DNA of 64,000 nt from Chthoniobacterales bacterium. GTDB taxonomy: Bacteria > Verrucomicrobiota > Verrucomicrobiia > Chthoniobacterales > JACTMZ01. The position numbers were made by a program, and so were the translations under genes. The notes below the pieces were generated by a model that saw nothing but the letters and a program-made list of their open reading frames with translations, was not told the origin of the DNA and did no database searches. Shown piece by piece: positions 24,894-34,634 of this stretch. Numbering within the stretch: the first letter of the stretch is position 1; every line of letters begins with the position of its first letter. The stretch spans positions 1,993-65,992 of the forward strand of contig JBGSSV010000194.1 of assembly GCA_041736875.1 (NCBI GenBank), read 5' to 3'.

Positions 24894-27800
24894 ATGTCGG
24901 CTCTTACCCCCATCAGCTCTTGTCGGCTCCGCCGTGCGATTGTCGCGCCGGCGACCTTGGCATTGGCGCTGTCCGCCCCGATTTCGCTGAACGCAGCGAT
25001 CATCCAGGCCACCAACGTCACGGAAGTCCTCGGGCCGACGTTTTTCATCGACGATGCCGCGAATGGCGGCACGGACACGGACATCAACCAGCCGGGCACG
25101 GCCGTGCTCGAGCGCTCTTTCACCGGGCTGCTGGCCCGCAACCAAGGGCCCGCCCGGGTGACGTTGACCGGCTTCGGCTTCGCCACGCACACCAGTGCGA
25201 CAGCCAACGACGCCACCTCGGTGTCGGTCGCCTTCACCTATCTCGGAGCTGACGAGGCCCTCGGTGGTGGTGACGACGTGGTCATCGGCAATACCACGGG
25301 CAGTTTTACCTTCGTTGACCCATTGGTGAACACAAATGCGGAATACGCCTTGGCTTTCAACACCCCTCTGTCGAGCGATCTCGCGATCACCGGCACGCGT
25401 TTCCGCATCGTGGTAACCCCGTCCAACCCGACAACCAACGGATCGTTGAAGCTCAAGGCCGTCGCACCCGCCTACAGCCCAGCCACCGGTCCCAAGGTTA
25501 GCGTCGCGGGCGTGGTTGCCCCCGTGATCAACCCGAACAGGGTGAACCTCGCAAAGTTTCAGGCCGTCTCGGCCACCAGTTCGGCGGGTCAGCGCCTCGC
25601 CACTTATCTCAACGACGGGGTAGCGGGGAACGACAACCGCTGGCAGGGCAGCAATTCGACTTGGCAGTGGATCCGCGTGGATTTCCCCTTCCCGGTGGAA
25701 GTCGGAAGCGCCCATGTTTTCACCGGGGTGGATGACGGCTTGGCCATCACCAATTACGGCCTCCAGTTCTGGAACGGAACCACTTGGTCCAACATCCCCG
25801 GAGGCTCGGTCACGGGAAACACCAACGTGGAAAGGAACCTTGTTTTCTCCAACGCGGTGACCGCCGCATCCTTCCGGTTCATGAGCGCGGAGAGTTCACT
25901 CCGCGTGCGCGAACTGGCCTTTTTCCCGACCAACGGCCCCGCCGGCTTCCCGCTCGGCACCGATGTCACGGTCAATCTTGCCCACCAGCGCCCCGTGCTC
26001 GCCTCGACCAACAGCGCCGGAAATTTCCCCCTGTATGCCGTGGACGGACGGGCCACGTCCTTCAGTTGGCAAACCACCACGGCAGGCACCAACACGCTTG
26101 ACCTAGATCTGCGGGTGACCACGAAAATCGGCAGCGTCCACCTGTATTCGGGTTCGGCCGGCGTCGCCCCGCTGGCCGATTTCACGCTGAAATACTGGGA
26201 TGGTGCGTCGTGGGTGAACATCCCCGGCGGCACGATCACGGCGAACGCGGCGGCCGACCGCGTTGTCACTTTCAGCATGCCCGTCACCACCAGCATGGTC
26301 CGTCTCGAGTTCAACAATCCCGGCACGACATCCATCCGAGAAATCTGCGTTTTCCCGGCGAACTCCGGAAACGTCGGCTACCCGCTCGGCACGAACATCA
26401 ACCCGTCCGGGAGAATCGCGAAGCAGGAAGATTTCAACGATTCCTTCTACCGCGTCAGCAATCCTTCGTCCGGCCGCTTCGCCGCCGTGACGAGCGGCAA
26501 CCCGCCCGCCCTCGACCAAGCCGGAGCCACCACCGCCCAAGGCCAATACCAGGTCCTGCTCAACCACTCCACCGGCACCTACCGCCTGCGCAACCGCGAC
26601 ACCGGCAACTGCCTCTCGGGCGCGCAATTGTCCAAGACCCCCGGCCAACCCCTCACCGATGCTCCCTACACCGCGCTGCCTCACCAGGACTGGATCCTCA
26701 TCCCCCTGGGTGGCGGAACCTATCAGTTGATCAACCAGTGGAGCGGCCTCGCCGTTGACACGCAGGGCGGAGCCACTGCGCAGGGCACCGCCCTCGTGCA
26801 AAACACTCCGGGCAACGCCACGACCCAACGCTGGCAATTCACCAATAAGGTCGGATACCCCAAGAAAGGCATCGGCGGGACCAGCGCTTCGAATCTCTTC
26901 AAGGCGAACTGGGTTTACAACTGGGGCCAGAGGTTCACGGAGAGCCTCGCCTCCGGAACGATCTTCATGCCCATGCAATGGGGAGACTTCAACTGGGTCA
27001 TCGGCAGCAACGCCGGCCCTTTGTGGCAATACTATCCCAACTGGCGCGACGCTTCGGAAGCCATCCATCTGCTGGGCTTCAACGAGCCGGATCGGACGGA
27101 TCAGTCGAACATGACGCTGGGCAAGACGATCGAATTCTGGCCCCGGCTGCTGGAACTCGACCTTCCGTTGGTCAGCCCCGCCCCGGCCGACCCCGCCTGG
27201 CTCGATGCCTTCTACGTCGAGGCGAATCGACTGGGCTACCGGGTCGACTACACCGCGATCCACCTCTACCCGGGCCCGAGCAGCGGATCATCCAATGGCT
27301 TGATCGGCAGCGTCCTTGACGCCTACGCCGACGGCGGAAACCGGCCGGTCTGGCTCACCGAGTTCTCGTTTGTGGACTGGGGAGGAAACCAATCGTGGAG
27401 CGAGGAGGACAACTACAACGCCCTCGCCGAATTCATCTGGCGGGCGGAGAGCGTGCCCGAACTCCGCAAATACGCCCTCTTCGTCTTCACCGAGGACGCA
27501 GAATACCCGCAGCCGGCGAACCCGTGGCAGAGCTTCACCCCCGCCCCACGATCAAATTCCCGCGACAAATTCGGTAACCTCACCGCCTTCGGCAAGCTTT
27601 ACACGGCCTGGGACAATGACGCCACGGTGAGGACGGACAAAACCTATCACCTCCACAACAAGGGCACCCGCAAACGCATGGCCAACCTCACAAGCCAGAC
27701 CAACGTCGCCGGGAGAGACATCCGGACCGATGGCGATCTCGTCCACTGGACGCTGGTCTCGGCGGGAGGCTCCAATCTCTACTACTTGGTTTCCTCGCTG

Positions 27801-30086
27801 GACGGACGCCGACTCAGCACGACCGCCACCTCCGGCGCGGCCGGCACCGTCAGTCTCGTGGCCGCCGGCACGACGGGCACCGCGGTGCAATGGTCGCTCA
27901 CCCAAAGCACCCATGGCTGGTATTACCTCGTCCACCCCGCTTCGACCCGGAGACTGCAACTCGCCTTCAACAACTCGACCCAGAGTGCGACCTACACCAT
28001 GGCAGCGAGTTCCACCGTTGCGGATGCCGTCCAATGGCGCTTCATCGTTCCCGCCACGACGGCCGGCAACACCGGGCCGACCCTCGCGTCCAACCCGTCA
28101 CAGGCCGTCAACGAAGGCGTCCGACTCAATTTCACCGCCAGCGCCACGGATGCCGACCTTCCCCCTGCCACGCTTTTCTACAGTCTGGTCAACGCCCCGA
28201 CCGGAGCCTCGATCAACCCGACCAGCGGTGTCTTTTCCTGGACCCCAGCGGAAAATCAGGGTCCGGGCACCTTCAACTTCTCCGTGCGGGTCAGCGACGG
28301 ATACCTCACCGCCGACCAACCGGTTTCCGTCACGGTCAGCGAGGTCAATGTGGCACCCGTCCTTGAAGCCATCACGTCCCCCACGGTCAACGAAGGCAGC
28401 CCGGTCACCTTCACCGCGACCGCGACCGATGCCGACCTCCCGGCCAACACGCTGACCTACAGCCTCGTGGGGGCGCCCGCCGGCGCGGCCATCAATTCTG
28501 CCAACGGCAACTTCACCTGGACGCCCAGCGAGGCCCAAGGTCCGGGCACGTTTAATTTCTCCGTCCGGGTCAGCGACGGCAGCCTGACCCATCAGTTGCC
28601 GGTTTCCATCACGGTCAATGAGGTCAACACCGCGCCGGCCCTCGCGTCCATCCCCGGCCAGACGGTGGATGAAGGCGTCTTGCTGAACTTCACGGCAAGC
28701 GCCACGGATGCCGACCTCCCCGCCAACACGTTGACCTATGCGCTGCTCGGTGCCCCCGGCGGTGCGACGATCAACGCTTCCAGCGGAGCCTTCTCATGGA
28801 CCCCCAACGAGACTCAGGGCCCGGGCACGTTCAATTTCACCGTGCGGGTCAGCGACGGCAGCCTCTTCACGGACCGATCGGTTGCCGTGACCGCCAACGA
28901 GGTCAACACCGCGCCGACCCTCGCCGCCGTTGCGGCGCAGACTGTGGACGAAGGCGTGCAGCTGACCTTCACCGCAAGCGCCACGGATGCCGACCTCCCC
29001 GCCAACGCCCTGACCTACGGTCTGATCGGCGCGCCGACCGGCGCAGCCATCAACCCCGCCACCGGCGTCTTCACTTGGACAGCCGACGAAGAACAGGGCC
29101 CCGGCACCTTCAATTTCACCGTCCGGGTCAGCGATGGCAATCTGACGGCTGACCGATCGGCCACCGTCACCGTCAATGAAGTCAACTCGGCCCCGGTTCT
29201 CGCCGGCATCCCACCGCAGACCGTGGACGAAGGCGTCGTGCTCAACTTTGCCGCCAGCGCCGCCGATCCCGACCTCCCCGCCAATCCTCTGAGTTTCAGC
29301 CTCCTCAACGCACCCAGCGGCGCGTCGATCGATCCGGGCACGGGAGCATTCACCTGGACACCCACCGAAGAACAGGGCCCCGGCACCTTCAATTTCGCCG
29401 TCCGCGTCAGCGATGGCTCCGTGTTCCGAGATCAGCCGGTGGCCGCCACCGTCAACGAGGTCAACGTGGCGCCGGTCCTCGAGCCCATCCCACCCCAGAG
29501 CGTCAACACGGATGCGCTCCTCACCTTCACCGCCACTGCCGCCGATGCCGACCTCCCTGCCAACGCTCTGACTTACACGTTGGTCGGCGCGCCCGACGGC
29601 GCGGCGATCGACTCCAGCACCGGAGTCTTCACCTGGACGCCCGCCGAGGCCCAAGGCCCCGGGACTTACAATTTCACCGCCCAAGTCAGTGACGGAATTC
29701 TGACCCATGATCAACCAGTCTCCGTCACCGTAGCGAGCCTGGCCCCGAGTCCCCACGAAACCGACACCGATGGGGACGGACTGTCCGACTTTATGGAGTA
29801 TGCCTTCGGAACCAACCCGGGGACGCCCAATCAAAGCCCGTTCCGGGTCGTCAGCGCCAACGGCGCTGGCACCATCACCCTCCAGTTGCAATGGAACTGG
29901 CAGGCGGCCGGGCTCAGCTGGCAAATCCGCCACGGGCGCGAGTTGGCCAACGTTCCGGCTTGGCCGATCGTGGCGCCCGGCGCGACCACGGTCGTGCGCG
30001 ACGGCGGCATTGACCACATCACGATCTCGCCAGCCAAGGCGGTTCCCGAGGGCGGATTCTACATTTTGGAAGTCATCGAAAACTGA
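24894..30086 (+). CDS. 1730-aa secreted multidomain protein: 2x discoidin (F5/8 type C)-like, ricin-type lectin, GH128-like (Glyco_hydro_cc) catalytic core, second beta-trefoil, 6x cadherin-like repeats, DxDxDG C-terminal module
   Basis: ATG at 24894 gives MSALTPISSCRLRRAIVAPATLALALSAPISLNA. The discoidin-like stretches are NDGVAGNDNRWQG...WIRVDF and YAVDGRATSFSWQT. QDWILIP and QRWQF are ricin QxW motifs. KKGIGG...WVYNWG...LLGFNEPD...PVWLTEFSFVDW matches the two small enzymes at 60.5-62.3 kb. The C-terminus carries DTDGDGLSDFMEYAFGTNPG. Confidence 0.85.
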   Translation: MSALTPISSCRLRRAIVAPATLALALSAPISLNAAIIQATNVTEVLGPTFFIDDAANGGTDTDINQPGTAVLERSFTGLLARNQGPARVTLTGFGFATHTSATANDATSVSVAFTYLGADEALGGGDDVVIGNTTGSFTFVDPLVNTNAEYALAFNTPLSSDLAITGTRFRIVVTPSNPTTNGSLKLKAVAPAYSPATGPKVSVAGVVAPVINPNRVNLAKFQAVSATSSAGQRLATYLNDGVAGNDNRWQGSNSTWQWIRVDFPFPVEVGSAHVFTGVDDGLAITNYGLQFWNGTTWSNIPGGSVTGNTNVERNLVFSNAVTAASFRFMSAESSLRVRELAFFPTNGPAGFPLGTDVTVNLAHQRPVLASTNSAGNFPLYAVDGRATSFSWQTTTAGTNTLDLDLRVTTKIGSVHLYSGSAGVAPLADFTLKYWDGASWVNIPGGTITANAAADRVVTFSMPVTTSMVRLEFNNPGTTSIREICVFPANSGNVGYPLGTNINPSGRIAKQEDFNDSFYRVSNPSSGRFAAVTSGNPPALDQAGATTAQGQYQVLLNHSTGTYRLRNRDTGNCLSGAQLSKTPGQPLTDAPYTALPHQDWILIPLGGGTYQLINQWSGLAVDTQGGATAQGTALVQNTPGNATTQRWQFTNKVGYPKKGIGGTSASNLFKANWVYNWGQRFTESLASGTIFMPMQWGDFNWVIGSNAGPLWQYYPNWRDASEAIHLLGFNEPDRTDQSNMTLGKTIEFWPRLLELDLPLVSPAPADPAWLDAFYVEANRLGYRVDYTAIHLYPGPSSGSSNGLIGSVLDAYADGGNRPVWLTEFSFVDWGGNQSWSEEDNYNALAEFIWRAESVPELRKYALFVFTEDAEYPQPANPWQSFTPAPRSNSRDKFGNLTAFGKLYTAWDNDATVRTDKTYHLHNKGTRKRMANLTSQTNVAGRDIRTDGDLVHWTLVSAGGSNLYYLVSSLDGRRLSTTATSGAAGTVSLVAAGTTGTAVQWSLTQSTHGWYYLVHPASTRRLQLAFNNSTQSATYTMAASSTVADAVQWRFIVPATTAGNTGPTLASNPSQAVNEGVRLNFTASATDADLPPATLFYSLVNAPTGASINPTSGVFSWTPAENQGPGTFNFSVRVSDGYLTADQPVSVTVSEVNVAPVLEAITSPTVNEGSPVTFTATATDADLPANTLTYSLVGAPAGAAINSANGNFTWTPSEAQGPGTFNFSVRVSDGSLTHQLPVSITVNEVNTAPALASIPGQTVDEGVLLNFTASATDADLPANTLTYALLGAPGGATINASSGAFSWTPNETQGPGTFNFTVRVSDGSLFTDRSVAVTANEVNTAPTLAAVAAQTVDEGVQLTFTASATDADLPANALTYGLIGAPTGAAINPATGVFTWTADEEQGPGTFNFTVRVSDGNLTADRSATVTVNEVNSAPVLAGIPPQTVDEGVVLNFAASAADPDLPANPLSFSLLNAPSGASIDPGTGAFTWTPTEEQGPGTFNFAVRVSDGSVFRDQPVAATVNEVNVAPVLEPIPPQSVNTDALLTFTATAADADLPANALTYTLVGAPDGAAIDSSTGVFTWTPAEAQGPGTYNFTAQVSDGILTHDQPVSVTVASLAPSPHETDTDGDGLSDFMEYAFGTNPGTPNQSPFRVVSANGAGTITLQLQWNWQAAGLSWQIRHGRELANVPAWPIVAPGATTVVRDGGIDHITISPAKAVPEGGFYILEVIEN
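28068..29741 (+). repeat. six in-frame tandem repeats of 279 bp (93 aa) encoding cadherin-like/Ig-like domains
   Basis: The units start at 28068, 28347, 28626, 28905, 29184 and 29463. Each reads N(T/V/S)AP.L..I..Q.V.EG..L.FTASATDADLPAN.LTY.L.GAP.GA.I....G.F.WTP.E.QGPGTFNF.VRVSDG.L......V.V.EV. Confidence 0.95.
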
Positions 30087-30121
30087 TGACCCCACGAGGC
30101 TCCGGCGGAGCCGGTGAAAGC

Positions 30122-30144
30122 ACAGACCTTTCGGCGAGGTCTGT
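30122..30144 (+). terminator. perfect 8-bp stem-loop (ACAGACCT ttcggcg AGGTCTGT) 36 nt after the stop of the 1730-aa gene
   Basis: Read directly. It is preceded by a second small hairpin, GGCTCC ggc GGAGCC (30098-30112). No clean U-tract follows. Confidence 0.35.
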
Positions 30145-30272
30145 CCCTGTCGTCCCTCTGTTTCGTCGTCATCTGCAGCTTCTAGCGCGCCCGCCGGGCG
30201 GCCTTGCGCAAAGAAGCCTGAATGCGAAGAACAAACGATGCTTGTCTGTGAAGAATCAGATTGAGCGTTTGC

Positions 30273-32312
30273 TCAAAGGCTCGGGCTCACACCGGCGGAG
30301 AACCTGAGGCGCGGGGCGGCCGCGCCGGAGTGGCGCGAATACACCCGAAGCGGATGCCAGCCTGCCGCGAGGCGGAGCCTCCCGCGATGCTCGCCGGCCG
30401 CACCGTGCAGAGGCTCGGTGATCACGCGAATGTCGTGGAGAAACAGCGTTGCGCCGGTGTCGCTCGCGAGGATGAATTCGTAGTCACCCTCTTCCGCAGC
30501 ATGAAAGTATCCGTTGAAGGCAACCCCGAAGGGGACGACGGTTGGAACTTCGGGCAGCAAGAGGGCGGAGGACTTGCCTTCGGCCACAGGCCGCAAAGTG
30601 CGGAAATCGGGCACCCATGGCAATTCACCTTGGAAGAAGGACCAGGCAAACTCGTTGGCCTCATCCGGCTTCGCCGCGAGGGAGGGCACCGGCGTCTGAT
30701 CGTAGGGTCGAGGCGCGGAAGCGTCGGGAATTCTCACCTGGAGCACGCGGGCCTTCATGGCCGCCTGCACCTCGGGGAGACCACCGTCTTGCGCAAGATT
30801 CTCGGCCTCCTGCGGGTCTGCGGAGAGATCGTAAATCTCGAAGTCGTCGTCTGCTGACCTCACGTCATAACGGATGCCTTTGTAACCATCGTGGTGGATG
30901 ACCTGCATCTGCCCGCGCTTGCGGCCCTGGCGGGCGGGCAGGAAATCCGGGATGTGCGGGGTTCTACCCGCGTGGAAATACTCGACGTAAACGAGGCCGG
31001 GCAGCCTCTGACCGCTGCCGCTCAAAGTGGGCACGAGGGAGACGCCGTCGGAGGCTGACGGCGCGGTCAGACCGGCCAGTTCGGCAAAGGTGGTCAGCCA
31101 ATCCCACTGGCCGGAGGCTTGGGCATCGGTGCGGCCGGCGGGAATGCCGGCGGGCCAGCGCGCGAGGGTGGGCACGCGGATGCCGCCCTCCCAAGTGTCG
31201 CGTTTGATGCCGTCGAAGGGGCCGAAGCTTTGAAAAAAACCCGGGGCGTGCGGCTCCGAGAGGTAGGACTCATCGGAAGGACCGTTGTCGGAGGTGAAAA
31301 TAACCAGCGTGTTGTCATCGATCCCGAGGTCCTTGAGCAGGTGAAGAAGGTCACCCACGCCGTCGTCGATGCGCCGAATGCTGTTGGCGTGGCGTTTCTC
31401 GACGTCCGGCCACGGGACTTCCGGCGTGGCCGGGTCGCGGTCGTGGTCCCACGTGGCATCGGCCAAGTCGGGATGCATCCATGCGTCTTTTTGGCCGGTC
31501 GCGGTGTTGAGCATCGCGTGGGGCCGGCCAGTCCACTGCATGCCGCCGTCGCGTCCGCCGCCGTCAGGATATGCGCAAGGGGGATTCTGCAACTTGGCGT
31601 GGGGAGTGTCGTAGGCGAGGTAGAGAAAGAAGGGCTGGGCGGGATGCGCGGCCGTGTGCTCCACGATCCATTGCTTGGTCCGCGCCGTGAAAAGATCTGT
31701 TGTGTAGCAGAGGTCGAGATCCGCTGAGATTTCGCGCTCGTTTTCCCAAACCTCACGACCGTCCTCCTTCGGGTAATGGTAGTGGCCATCTCGATGACGC
31801 ACGTAGCCAAAGAAAAAATCGAAACCACGGCAGGTCGGATAACCGGCCCAGACGGCAGGCGTGCCGGCGGGATTTTTCTCATCGCCGCCCTGCAAACCCC
31901 ATTTGCCCACGGCGGCAGTGGCGTAGCCGGCTTGGCGGAGCACGGTCGCAAGGGTGTGGGTATCGGCGAGGGCCTTGTCGAAATGGTTGTCGCGCACACT
32001 GGCATGACCTTGGGTGAGACCGGTCAGCAGCGAGGCGCGGGCCGGGGCGCACACCGAGGCGGCGGCGTAGTGCTGGGTCATCTTGAGCCCGTCGCGCGCC
32101 AAGGTATCAAGGTGCGGAGTGGCAAAGGAGGGCTGAGTGCGATCCTGCCGCGCGGCCCGCTGATTTTGCACAAACACACCCACATCCCCGTAGCCGAGAT
32201 CATCGCAGAGAATGTAAAGGATATTGGGCCGGGGCGCCGAGGCTGGCGGCTCGCCGGGGAGAGGTGTGGTGGTCAAGGCAGTCATGATGGATAAACCGCG
32301 GATAAGTCTCAC
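30273..32312 (-). CDS. Cys-type (formylglycine) arylsulfatase with C-terminal PA14-like domain
   Basis: PNILYILCDDLGYGDVG and SVCAPARASLLTG (CxPxR) are the sulfatase signatures. The C-terminus FNGYFHAAEEGDYEFILASDTGATLFLHDIRV...LAAGWHPLRVY fits the PA14 pattern. No hydrophobic signal peptide is visible at either candidate start. Confidence 0.88.
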   Translation of the reverse strand: MRLIRGLSIMTALTTTPLPGEPPASAPRPNILYILCDDLGYGDVGVFVQNQRAARQDRTQPSFATPHLDTLARDGLKMTQHYAAASVCAPARASLLTGLTQGHASVRDNHFDKALADTHTLATVLRQAGYATAAVGKWGLQGGDEKNPAGTPAVWAGYPTCRGFDFFFGYVRHRDGHYHYPKEDGREVWENEREISADLDLCYTTDLFTARTKQWIVEHTAAHPAQPFFLYLAYDTPHAKLQNPPCAYPDGGGRDGGMQWTGRPHAMLNTATGQKDAWMHPDLADATWDHDRDPATPEVPWPDVEKRHANSIRRIDDGVGDLLHLLKDLGIDDNTLVIFTSDNGPSDESYLSEPHAPGFFQSFGPFDGIKRDTWEGGIRVPTLARWPAGIPAGRTDAQASGQWDWLTTFAELAGLTAPSASDGVSLVPTLSGSGQRLPGLVYVEYFHAGRTPHIPDFLPARQGRKRGQMQVIHHDGYKGIRYDVRSADDDFEIYDLSADPQEAENLAQDGGLPEVQAAMKARVLQVRIPDASAPRPYDQTPVPSLAAKPDEANEFAWSFFQGELPWVPDFRTLRPVAEGKSSALLLPEVPTVVPFGVAFNGYFHAAEEGDYEFILASDTGATLFLHDIRVITEPLHGAAGEHRGRLRLAAGWHPLRVYSRHSGAAAPRLRFSAGVSPSL

Positions 32313-32317
32313 GTTGC

Positions 32318-34633
32318 TTACGGCGCCGGCTCAAGCGCAGAGCCCACGTAGGCTTGGAAAGACTTGATGCGGCCCGCCGCCTCCTCGGCGGTTCCTTGAC
32401 GGGGCACATAAATGAAGCCACTGAGTTGCTCTTCGCGCCCCAGATCGATGACGATCCAGTGCGGGTGGGAGGATTTGGATCCACTGAGCCAATGGTTGGA
32501 GATCTGGCCGTCGATGGCGTTGCCCGCGCCCGAGGCCTCGGCGGCCGTCTCCTCGCTGCTCACGCTGACGATGGTCCAGAGTTGGGAGCTGAGAGGGTGG
32601 CCGTCGGGGCCCAGAAGCGTGAGGTCGCCGATGGAGGCGCGCTGTCCTCCGTCATGGGCGTCGAGGGCCTCGAGTGCAAAGTAGCGGCCCCGCAGCGGGT
32701 GGTCGAAAGCGATCCGCTGGGACTCTCCGCCGCTCGGGAAGAGCCCGCGATGTGCGGCCTCGCCTTCGAGGCGAAGGCGCTTGAGTTCGGACTTCTGACC
32801 GAGGAGGTCGAGTTCCGGGCGGAGCGCGTCGAGGATCGGTTTTTCGAGTCCGGCCAGTTCTGCGTCGGCGTCACCGACGTAGTCGAGCACGATGAATTCA
32901 TTACAGCCGGGCTTGAGCCAAGGTGCGGGGACAAACATCGTCTGTTGGGGCCCGATGTTCCAATAGTAGCCGAGGTTGCGGCCGTTGACCCAGACCATGC
33001 CTTTGCCCCAGGGCCGCATGTCGAGGAAGGTGTCGCCGACTTCCTTGAGATCAACCTCAAAGCGGTGGAATCCGGGGCGCAAGCACTCGAAGGGCGTGTC
33101 GGATGCTGGAGCGACCGCAGCAGGTTGGAAGCGGAGCCTGTTCAAGTGGCCGCTGTCGAGCGGAAGGGAAAACATCTCCCAGTCGCGGAGTTCCTCATCA
33201 CCCACGCGCACCGGGCCGTGCAGACCCTTGCGGTCATGGACCTCGACGCCGAAGTTGACCCGGCCCATGGCCTCGACAAGCACTTCGAGCACGGCGGGTT
33301 TTTCGCGGGCGGGAAGCTCGGCGAGGAAGACGCGGTTGCGGCGGTCGAAGGTGGCCACGCGCACACCATCGAGAAAAAGCTGGCCGATGTCGTGCACGCC
33401 AGCGGCATGGAAGACGGCCTCGGGTCCGGCAGGCAGCATAGTGCGGTAGAGCACGGCACCATGGGCTTGATCGAGTTTTTCCAGGTTGAGCGGCTGCTCG
33501 GAGCGGACGGAGTCGGGCAAATCCGCAAGCAGCGGCGCGAACCCGGTGGATCGGGTCGGAGGAAACGATATGACCGGCGGCGCGGCGGGCGGCTCTGGGA
33601 TGGACTCGCCGGGCTGGAGATAACGGGCGAAGAGGTCACGGGTCTGGAAAAACTTGTCCGTGGTCCAACCGGCCTCGCTAATCGGCGCATCGTAGTCGTA
33701 GGAGGACGTGTCGGGCTTGAACGGGCGATCCGCGCCCGTGCTGAAACCGAAGGACGTGCCCCCATGCGCCATATAGATGCTGAACGAAGCGTTCATCTTC
33801 AGCATGGTCTCAAGGTCGCGGAGGTAGCGCTCAACCTTGCCCCGGTGATGGGGCTGCCCCCACGTATCGAACCAACCGGGATAGAACTCGCCGCACATGA
33901 GCGGCCCCTTCGGGAGAATCTCGCGCAGCTTCTTGAAGGCGCCCTCGGGATCGGAGCCGAAGTTGACCACCGGAAACAGGTCTTTGCGGTAGCCGTTGCG
34001 CAGATGCCAGACAGGATTGCAGGCAAAGAGCGGAACATCGAAACCGGCATCGACAAGGGCTCGGCGGATCTCGCCCATGTATTCGGCGTCCTTGCCAAAA
34101 AAACCATATTCGTTTTCCGCCTGCACCATCAGGATCGGACCCCCGCGCGTCACCTGCAGGGGCGCGAGCTGGCGTCCGACCTCTGTGAAATAGTTCCGCA
34201 CGGCGGCGAGGAAGCGTGGATCGCGAGTGCGCAACTGAATGTCGTCGTGCTTGAGCAACCACCACGGCAGTCCGCCCATCTCCCACTCGGCACAGGCGTA
34301 TGGGCCGGGACGCAACACGATCCAAAGACCCTCGGCCTGGGCCAGTCGGCAGAACTCGGCGATGCCGGCGCTTCCGGACCAATCAAACTGACCCTCGCGA
34401 GGCTCGATCTGGTTCCAGAAAAGATATGCACACACCGCATTCAAGCCCATGGCCTTGGCCATCTGCAGCCGATGTTTCCAGTATTCGCGCGGCACGCGGG
34501 CCGAATGGATTTCGCCGATGCGCATTACGAACGGTTGGCCGTTGAGCAAGAAGGCGTCCGGGCCGAGCTCAAACGTGTTGGTGGCGGCGGACAGGTTCAT
34601 GGAGAGGAGGAGGCTGAGCAGGATGGACCGCAT
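32318..34633 (-). CDS. secreted beta-galactosidase, GH35, with C-terminal discoidin-like domain
   Basis: ATG at 34633 gives MRSILLSLLLSMNLSAA. FLLNGQPFVMRIGEIHSARVPREYWKHRLQMAKAMGLNAVCAYLFWNQIEPREGQFDW is the classic GH35 N-terminus, and QAENEYG is also present. The tail reads NAIDGQISNHWLSG...HWIVIDLG. Confidence 0.9.
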   Translation of the reverse strand: MRSILLSLLLSMNLSAATNTFELGPDAFLLNGQPFVMRIGEIHSARVPREYWKHRLQMAKAMGLNAVCAYLFWNQIEPREGQFDWSGSAGIAEFCRLAQAEGLWIVLRPGPYACAEWEMGGLPWWLLKHDDIQLRTRDPRFLAAVRNYFTEVGRQLAPLQVTRGGPILMVQAENEYGFFGKDAEYMGEIRRALVDAGFDVPLFACNPVWHLRNGYRKDLFPVVNFGSDPEGAFKKLREILPKGPLMCGEFYPGWFDTWGQPHHRGKVERYLRDLETMLKMNASFSIYMAHGGTSFGFSTGADRPFKPDTSSYDYDAPISEAGWTTDKFFQTRDLFARYLQPGESIPEPPAAPPVISFPPTRSTGFAPLLADLPDSVRSEQPLNLEKLDQAHGAVLYRTMLPAGPEAVFHAAGVHDIGQLFLDGVRVATFDRRNRVFLAELPAREKPAVLEVLVEAMGRVNFGVEVHDRKGLHGPVRVGDEELRDWEMFSLPLDSGHLNRLRFQPAAVAPASDTPFECLRPGFHRFEVDLKEVGDTFLDMRPWGKGMVWVNGRNLGYYWNIGPQQTMFVPAPWLKPGCNEFIVLDYVGDADAELAGLEKPILDALRPELDLLGQKSELKRLRLEGEAAHRGLFPSGGESQRIAFDHPLRGRYFALEALDAHDGGQRASIGDLTLLGPDGHPLSSQLWTIVSVSSEETAAEASGAGNAIDGQISNHWLSGSKSSHPHWIVIDLGREEQLSGFIYVPRQGTAEEAAGRIKSFQAYVGSALEPAP

Positions 34634-34634
34634 A

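Noticed and set aside
28068-29741. The regular 279-bp repeats as a CRISPR-like or satellite array.
   Set aside because: There are no spacers. The units are contiguous and in frame, and they encode a recognisable 93-aa Ig/cadherin-like domain inside one long CDS.
30086-30307. The 73-aa ORF in the convergent gap as a small protein gene.
   Set aside because: It has no start context or protein-like composition. The region is better explained by hairpins and the recurrent intergenic element.
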